This document shows, in pieces, positions 58,320-64,000 of a stretch of 64,000 nt of DNA. A program made the translations under genes and the position numbers. Below the pieces are notes generated by a model, which made no database searches, was not told the origin of the DNA, and saw only the letters and a list, made by a program, of their open reading frames with translations. This DNA is from Gemmatimonadaceae bacterium (lineage in GTDB: Bacteria; Gemmatimonadota; Gemmatimonadetes; Gemmatimonadales; Gemmatimonadaceae). The stretch spans positions 1,469,722 through 1,533,721 of the forward strand of contig JBHYGA010000001.1 in assembly GCA_051859245.1 (NCBI GenBank), given 5' to 3'. Position 1 is the first letter of the stretch; the number at the start of each line of letters is the position of its first letter.

Positions 58320-58492
58320 GCAAGCAGGGCAGCTCAGCGGCCGCCCTCACCCTTTGGCCACGATCTCGCGCTGCGAGACGGCGTGCTGATGGAGTTCTCA
58401 ATGCGCACACGGCGCGCCTCTCGCATGCGGGGGCGAACCGTGCTTGTTACGCAACGCGGACTCCGGACCTGGGGCCCGCGTTTTTTGTTTTT
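58320..58492 (+). ncRNA. L20-leader-like cis-regulatory RNA with intrinsic terminator
   Basis: AAGC-AGGGC..GCCCT-CACC core, following stems, then a cgcggactcc/ggggcccgcg hairpin plus TTTTTTGTTTTT before the infC RBS. Confidence 0.62.
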
Positions 58493-58512
58493 CTCTCATA
58501 GGAGCTCGGCGT

Positions 58513-59031
58513 ATCCAGGATTCTACGAAACGTCCGCCACGGGTGAACCGGCAAATCCGGATCAGTCCTGTTCGCGTGATTGGTGCTGATGGCAGTCAGT
58601 TGGGCATCATGGAAGTCGATGCTGCCCTTGCCAGTGCGGTTGAGCTTGGGCTCGACCTCGTTGAAGTCGCCGCAACCGCGCGTCCGCCCGTGGTTCGGAT
58701 CATGGATTACGGCAAGTTCAAGTTCGAAACAGCCAAGCAGGCCCGGCTGGCCAAAAAGAAACAACACGTCATTCATCTCAAGGAAGTGAAGTACCGCCCT
58801 GGGATCGACGAGCACGATTTCCTGACCAAGACGCGCAACGCCAAGCGCTTTATTGAAGAAGGCAACAAAGTCAAAGTCACCCTCATGTTTCGTGGGCGAC
58901 AGATTACCCACCCCGAGCTCGGACGGGCGGTGGTGGACCGGGTGGCTCAGGAACTGGCCGAAGTGGCCAAGGTCGAGAGCTCGCCGTTGTTCGAAGGTCG
59001 TTCCCTGACGATGATTCTCGCGCCCAAATAA
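58513..59031 (+). CDS. infC: Translation initiation factor IF-3 (ATC start)
   Basis: RVNRQIR, LDLVEV, PPVVRIMDYGKFK, KEVK and FRGRQ motifs; AGGAG 8 nt before ATC 58513. Confidence 0.97.
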   Translation: MQDSTKRPPRVNRQIRISPVRVIGADGSQLGIMEVDAALASAVELGLDLVEVAATARPPVVRIMDYGKFKFETAKQARLAKKKQHVIHLKEVKYRPGIDEHDFLTKTRNAKRFIEEGNKVKVTLMFRGRQITHPELGRAVVDRVAQELAEVAKVESSPLFEGRSLTMILAPK

Positions 59032-59100
59032 CGGCGTTCTCATCGATTCTTCGCCAGCCGGTTCGCCGGATGGATACCCGTAGCATATAAGCGAGCTGTT

Positions 59101-59298
59101 ATGCCGAAAATGAAAACCCATAGCGGCGCCAAGAAGCGCTTCTCCGTGACAGGCACGGGAAAGGTGCGGCGTCTGAAGGCCTACAAGAGCCACATCCTCA
59201 CCAAGAAGAGCTCAAAGCGTAAGCGCAACCTCCGTCGTCCTGCCATCATGGAGACGAACGGTGAGGTCAAGCGGATCAAGCGACTTATCCAGGCCTGA
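59101..59298 (+). CDS. rpmI: 50S ribosomal protein L35
   Basis: [20 protein letters not shown]. Confidence 0.98.
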   Translation: MPKMKTHSGAKKRFSVTGTGKVRRLKAYKSHILTKKSSKRKRNLRRPAIMETNGEVKRIKRLIQA

Positions 59299-59310
59299 GG
59301 ACACCACACG

Positions 59311-59679
59311 ATGCCACGCGTTAAATCCAACGTTGTTCGCTTAAAGCGTAAGAAGCAGATCATGAAGGCGGCTCGCGGCGCCTTCGGCGGCCGCAGCAAG
59401 CTCTGGAAGGCCGCCAAGGAAACCGTCGAGCGCGGCTGGCGCTATGCGTATCGCGATCGCAAGAATCGCAAGCGCGAGTTCCGTCGCCTGTGGATCGTGC
59501 GTATCAACGCCGCTGCCCACTTGAACGGCATGAACTACAGCAACTTCATGAACGGTTTGCAGTCCGCCGGCATTGAAGTGGATCGCAAGATCCTCGCCGA
59601 TATCGCCGTGCGCGACCCGCAGGCATTTACGGCGCTCGCTGAGCAGGCCCGCGCGGCACTGCAGAAGCAGGCTGCTTAA
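59311..59679 (+). CDS. rplT: 50S ribosomal protein L20
   Basis: [23 protein letters not shown] and DRKILADIA motifs. Confidence 0.98.
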   Translation: MPRVKSNVVRLKRKKQIMKAARGAFGGRSKLWKAAKETVERGWRYAYRDRKNRKREFRRLWIVRINAAAHLNGMNYSNFMNGLQSAGIEVDRKILADIAVRDPQAFTALAEQARAALQKQAA

Positions 59680-59694
59680 GTTCGTGGTTCGATG

Positions 59695-59741
59695 AACGGG
59701 CGGCCCGCGCGATGTTCGCGTGAGGCCGCCCGTTTTCGTTT
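59695..59741 (+). terminator. Intrinsic terminator after rplT
   Basis: aacgggcggcc...ggccgcccgtt followed by ttcgttt. Confidence 0.75.
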
Positions 59742-59795
59742 GTACGCGCGTATGGCTGTCATTCGCTCCCCTCTTCACTTCCTCCCGGTTCCCAC

Positions 59796-60809
59796 GTGAC
59801 CCTGGACGAGTTTCTTAGCGCCTGTCGCCAACTGGCCGCCGACGCACCGGCCGCCATTGCGGTCGCACAGTCGCCCGCCGAGTTTGCCGAGGTGCGTACC
59901 CAGCTAGTTGGCCGCAAACACGGTCGACTCGCCGATCTCATGGCGCAGCTCACCACGCTCGACGCTGAGCATCGCCGAGATGCCGGTCGCGCCGTGAACG
60001 ATGTCAAAGCGGCCATTGAACAGCTGCTCGCGGAACGCGAGGCTGCCGTCGCGGCCGCGTCGCGTTCGGCTGATGCGCTCGATCTCACCATGCCCTCGCG
60101 GGCACGCTGGCAGGGCTCGCTGCATCCGGTCACGCTCGTGATTGACGAGATCTGCGAAATCTTTCGCGAACTCGGATTTACGATTGCGCTCGGACCAGAA
60201 GCGGAAACCGAGTTCTACAACTTTGGTGCGCTCAACTTCCCACCGGATCATCCGGCTATGGAGTTGCACGACACGTTGTATCTCGGCAAAGACACCTTAC
60301 TCCGCACGCACACATCGCCGGTGCAAGTCCGCACGCTGCAGCAGTACGCGCCGCCAGTGCGCGTACTCGCACCCGGCAATGTGTATCGCCGCGATTTCTT
60401 TGACGCGACACACGCGCCGAGCTTCATGCAACTCGAAGGGCTCGCCGTTGACGAAGGCATCAGCTTTGCTGACTTGAAAGCCACGCTGGGCGAGTTCGCC
60501 CGCCGCTTCTACGGCGGTGCGCGTCGTGTGCGTTTTGGCCCGTCGTATTTTCCGTTCGTCGAGCCCGGTGCGCAGATGGATGTTGAGGTTGATCTCGGCG
60601 ACGGCAAGGGCACGCGCTGGGTGGAGATTCTTGGTTGCGGTATGGTGCATCCCAACGTGCTCGAAGCAGCGGGCCTCGATAGCGAACGCTACACAGGCTG
60701 GGCATTTGGTATGGGCCCGGCGCGCATTGCGATGTCGCGTCACGACATTCCAGATATCCGCTTGTTATACGATTCAGACGTTCGTTTCCTGGAGCAGTTC
60801 GCCCGATGA
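59796..60809 (+). CDS. pheS: Phenylalanine--tRNA ligase alpha subunit
   Basis: GSLHP, HPA..HDT, LRTHTSPVQ, YFPFVEP and GCGMVHP motifs. Confidence 0.98.
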   Translation: MTLDEFLSACRQLAADAPAAIAVAQSPAEFAEVRTQLVGRKHGRLADLMAQLTTLDAEHRRDAGRAVNDVKAAIEQLLAEREAAVAAASRSADALDLTMPSRARWQGSLHPVTLVIDEICEIFRELGFTIALGPEAETEFYNFGALNFPPDHPAMELHDTLYLGKDTLLRTHTSPVQVRTLQQYAPPVRVLAPGNVYRRDFFDATHAPSFMQLEGLAVDEGISFADLKATLGEFARRFYGGARRVRFGPSYFPFVEPGAQMDVEVDLGDGKGTRWVEILGCGMVHPNVLEAAGLDSERYTGWAFGMGPARIAMSRHDIPDIRLLYDSDVRFLEQFAR

Positions 60810-63256
60810 TTGTTTCGCATGAATGGCTGCGGGAGTTTGTCCCGCACACGCGTACCGCGAGCGAGATCGGTGAGCAGCTGAGTCGACATGTCGTCACGCT
60901 CGACGGACTCGAATCACTACGCTCTGATCTCGCGTCGTTTGTCGTTGGTCTGGTCGTCGAGGCCGCCAAACATCCCGACTCGGATCACCTGTCGGTCACC
61001 AAGGTCGACGACGGCTCCGGCGAACTGCTCGATGTCGTGTGCGGTGCACCGAATGTGACGGCCGGACACAAGTATCCGTTTGCGCGTACGGGCACGGTGA
61101 TGCCTGACGGCCTCGTGATTGCGCGCCGCAAGATTCGTGGGGCAACCTCCAACGGCATGTTGTGCTCGGCGCGCGAACTGGGTCTCGGTCAGGAACACGA
61201 CGGCATTTACACGCTCGATACCGACGCGGCACCTGGCACACCGTTACTCAGTGTGCTGCCCGTTGGCGACGTACGTCTGGATCTTGATGTGTTGCCCAAT
61301 CGCCCTGACTTATTGTCGCACCTTGGTGTGGCGCGTGAAGTCAGCGCGCTCAACGGTGTCGCGCTGCGCATGCCGACCGAGATTCCCGCGCTGCCAGCGA
61401 GCGATGCGGTCGGTGCGTCGGTGTTCGGCGAGACCGAGGCGACGGCTGATGGCGTGAGCGTGCGGATTGAAGACACGGCATCGTGCCCGCGCTATATCGG
61501 TGTGGTGATTCGCGGTGTCACCGTGGGGCCGAGCCCTGAATGGCTGGTCGCGCGATTGAAAGCGGTTGGCGTGCGCAGCATCAACAATGTGGTCGACGCC
61601 ACCAATTACGTGTTGCACGGTTTTGGACAGCCCGTACATGCATTCGATCTGTCGATGCTCGCCGGGCAGCAGATTGTCGTGCGCGCGACGCGTGAGGGTG
61701 AATCGCTAGTCACGCTCGACGGCGTACAGCGCAAGTTGAGCGCGGGCACCACCGTCATCTGCGACGGCGAATTGCCCACCGCGCTTGCGGGCATCATGGG
61801 TGGTGAAGCTAGTCAGGTGAGTGAGAACACTCAGGATGTATTGCTCGAAGTGGCGTGGTTCAACGCCGCGTTTGTGCGTCGCGTGCGCCGAAGCGTGCAG
61901 CTGTCCACAGATGCCAGTTACCGATTCGAGCGCGGCGTTGACGCCGGCTTTACGGGCAAAGCCGCGGGATACGCGGCGTCGCTCATCGTTGCAGTCGCTG
62001 GCGGCACGATTGGCGGCGTGATTGATGTGGGGTCTGCACCGGCAGCACCCAAGCCAGTGCGCCTCCGCGGCTCGCGCGTGGCGCGCCTGCTTGGTGCGCC
62101 CATCGCGGCGGCTGACATCGAGCGCACGCTCGTGTCCATCGGCTGTTTGTTGACGGCCGACGGCGATGATGCGTGGAACGTGCAGCCACCTACGTGGCGA
62201 CACGATCTCGGTCTGGAAGCCGATTTGATTGAAGAGGTTGCGCGACTGATTGGATTTGATGCGCTTCCCGATGTTGTGCAGCCGTTCCGCCCGGGCACGG
62301 TGCCGGATCACGCGCTACATGTCATGTCGCGGCGCGTACGAGATGCCGCCGTTTCGGCGGGGCTCGCAGAAACGCGTCCGATGCCGTTTGTTGCCAAAGC
62401 CGCACACGAATCGTTGCGCGTTCGGAATCCGCTCGCGGAAGATGAGCCGTATTTGCGTGGCTCATTGTTGACCACACTTGCATCGCGCGCCGAGTACAAC
62501 TTGTCGCGCATGCAAGGCAACGTGCGTTTGTTCGAAATCGGCTCGGCGTTTGTTGCAACGGGCGATCGTTTGCCGCGTGAAGAAGTGCGCGTGGCGGCAC
62601 TTGTCATGGGCGCTGTGCGTCCACCGCATTTCACGGAGCCGCAGCCGCCGGCGTACGACGCATGGGATGCAAAGGCTCTTGCCGAAGAGCTGGTGCGTGC
62701 GGCGTTCCCGGGCGAACGCGTCTCTTTTGAGCCGTCAACGGACGCTGTGCTGTGGGAGATCCGACTCGCCGGCGCGCCGGATGTGCTGGGCTCGGTGCAG
62801 CGCCTATCGATCGATCGTCCTGTGTGGGCGAGCGAGGTGTTCGGCGTGGAAATCACGCTTGGCCACATGCGCTCAGCCGATGTGGCGCCGCACGGACAAC
62901 ATGCACACGGTACGGGCGCATCGCGGGCCGGATCGAGCTGGGCGAACATTCGCTACACGCCGCTGCCAACGTATCCCGCCGCCTCGGTCGACCTTGCACT
63001 GCTCGTGCCCGCAAACGTGGCTGCCGGTCAGGTAGACGCACTGTTGCGCGAGACAGGCGGCGAGCTGCTCGAATCGCTGGAGTTGTTTGACGAGTTCCGT
63101 GGCCCCGGGCTTCCAGAGGGTGTACGTTCCCTCGCCTGGCGCTTGACGTTCCGCCATCCGGAGCGCACGCTGCGAGATAAGGAAATTGATGGACGGCGAG
63201 CCCGCCTGCTTCAGACCCTCGAACGAGAACTTGGTGTCCGACCCCGTACGTCCTGA
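60806..63256 (+). CDS. pheT: Phenylalanine--tRNA ligase beta subunit
   Basis: VCGAPN, SNGMLCS, PNRPD, NNVVDATNY, RFERG, DLIEEVAR motifs; C-terminal RTL. Confidence 0.98.
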   Translation: MIVSHEWLREFVPHTRTASEIGEQLSRHVVTLDGLESLRSDLASFVVGLVVEAAKHPDSDHLSVTKVDDGSGELLDVVCGAPNVTAGHKYPFARTGTVMPDGLVIARRKIRGATSNGMLCSARELGLGQEHDGIYTLDTDAAPGTPLLSVLPVGDVRLDLDVLPNRPDLLSHLGVAREVSALNGVALRMPTEIPALPASDAVGASVFGETEATADGVSVRIEDTASCPRYIGVVIRGVTVGPSPEWLVARLKAVGVRSINNVVDATNYVLHGFGQPVHAFDLSMLAGQQIVVRATREGESLVTLDGVQRKLSAGTTVICDGELPTALAGIMGGEASQVSENTQDVLLEVAWFNAAFVRRVRRSVQLSTDASYRFERGVDAGFTGKAAGYAASLIVAVAGGTIGGVIDVGSAPAAPKPVRLRGSRVARLLGAPIAAADIERTLVSIGCLLTADGDDAWNVQPPTWRHDLGLEADLIEEVARLIGFDALPDVVQPFRPGTVPDHALHVMSRRVRDAAVSAGLAETRPMPFVAKAAHESLRVRNPLAEDEPYLRGSLLTTLASRAEYNLSRMQGNVRLFEIGSAFVATGDRLPREEVRVAALVMGAVRPPHFTEPQPPAYDAWDAKALAEELVRAAFPGERVSFEPSTDAVLWEIRLAGAPDVLGSVQRLSIDRPVWASEVFGVEITLGHMRSADVAPHGQHAHGTGASRAGSSWANIRYTPLPTYPAASVDLALLVPANVAAGQVDALLRETGGELLESLELFDEFRGPGLPEGVRSLAWRLTFRHPERTLRDKEIDGRRARLLQTLERELGVRPRTS

Positions 63257-63695
63257 GAGCGCCGGTCGCGCGGCGTTTCTCGATCTTGAGAACGTTGTGC
63301 GCAACGTGACCGACCAACTGGCCGGCTTCCGGCGACGTGCGCTCGCCGCCGAGGCGCAACTGCGTGATCTCGAGCGTGCGACCGCGCGTGTGGCGGAGCT
63401 GGAACGGGTCGCTGAAGATTCGCGTCGGCGAACACAAGCGCTTGAACGGGCGCTTGCCGAGGCGGAGCAGGCGACTGCGCGAGCCGTCGCGGAGGCCGCG
63501 GCGGCCGTGGTGGCCGCCCCGGCTGCTGGCGCTGCCATCACGGCGTCGGCCGTTGACGCACGAGATGAGTTGGCGTTGTCGGCCGAGAACGCTGAGCTTC
63601 GTGAGCGCTTGCAGGAAGCGGCCGAGCGCACCCGTCTGATCAGCGAGCGCGTGCGTTTTCTCCGTCAGCAGCTTGGCAACGGAGGCGACAAGTGA
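63234..63695 (+). CDS. Coiled-coil hypothetical protein (ZapB-like position)
   Basis: Heptad-rich Ala/Glu/Arg sequence (ENAELRERL) between pheT and zapA, overlapping both. Confidence 0.65.
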   Translation: MSDPVRPESAGRAAFLDLENVVRNVTDQLAGFRRRALAAEAQLRDLERATARVAELERVAEDSRRRTQALERALAEAEQATARAVAEAAAAVVAAPAAGAAITASAVDARDELALSAENAELRERLQEAAERTRLISERVRFLRQQLGNGGDK

Positions 63696-64000
63696 GCGAC
63701 CGACGCAATGTGGTTCGAGTCCGTATCGTTGGTGAGGAGTACACACTGCGCACCGAGGCCAGCGAGAGTCATACGCGGGCGGTTGCCGAGCATGTGGACC
63801 GCATCACGCGGGCTATCCTCGACAGCGGATCGGTGGTCGAGACGCACAAGGCCGCCATTCTGGCAGCGCTTCAGATTACGGATGAGCTGTTCAATGAGCG
63901 CATCGCCGCGGAATCGCTTGCCGAAGATCTGAAGGCGTTGGCGGGCGACCTTCGGCCACTGTTGCCGCCTGCCAAACGTGGCGACGAGGTCGGGCCGGGC
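63692..64000 (+). CDS. zapA: Cell division protein ZapA (3'-truncated by window)
   Basis: Manual translation from GTG 63692: MSDRRNVVRVRIVGEEYTLR...VAEHVD...AILAALQITDEL; open to the window end. Confidence 0.88.
   Translation, partial: MSDRRNVVRVRIVGEEYTLRTEASESHTRAVAEHVDRITRAILDSGSVVETHKAAILAALQITDELFNERIAAESLAEDLKALAGDLRPLLPPAKRGDEVGPG

Noticed and set aside
1..64000. CRISPR arrays, IS elements, prophage, toxin-antitoxin or defence systems
   Set aside because: No regularly spaced repeats, transposase, integrase, phage or defence motifs were seen by eye

Overview
High-GC bacterial chromosome segment made mostly of housekeeping genes, largely on the + strand. Gene content and order suggest Gemmatimonadota; this is my inference and was not tested. 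Main blocks: a frameshifted TonB-dependent receptor with a GDPD; a penicillin/AHL acylase; yraN-recA-recX-alaS; gmhA-SDR-cca-rarA-hflX; tRNA-Val(CAC); UPF0182; a secreted cyanophycinase; fabF; tRNA(CAT); a heptose kinase; asparaginase-obgE-dprA-hemW-hrcA-dnaJ-prmA-rsmE; an opposite-strand nhaB block; HIT-rpsU-yqeY-mutS2-dnaG; recJ-rsmD-coaD-pta followed by an RsbV/RsbW/RsbU-type module and rsmA; rex; two unknown lipoproteins; and infC-rpmI-rplT-pheST-zapA. I saw no CRISPR array, transposase, integrase, prophage or defence system. The most interesting signals are non-coding. They are an AT-rich, DnaA-box-rich oriC-like patch at about 13.1-13.8 kb away from dnaA; apparent non-canonical starts (hflX ATT, infC ATC, a phosphatase CTG) that could form an IF3-sensitive translational circuit; an L20-leader-like attenuator; a perfect Rex operator; a sigma54-type promoter on the cyanophycinase; and several apparently leaderless genes. 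All calls are by eye; no searches were run.
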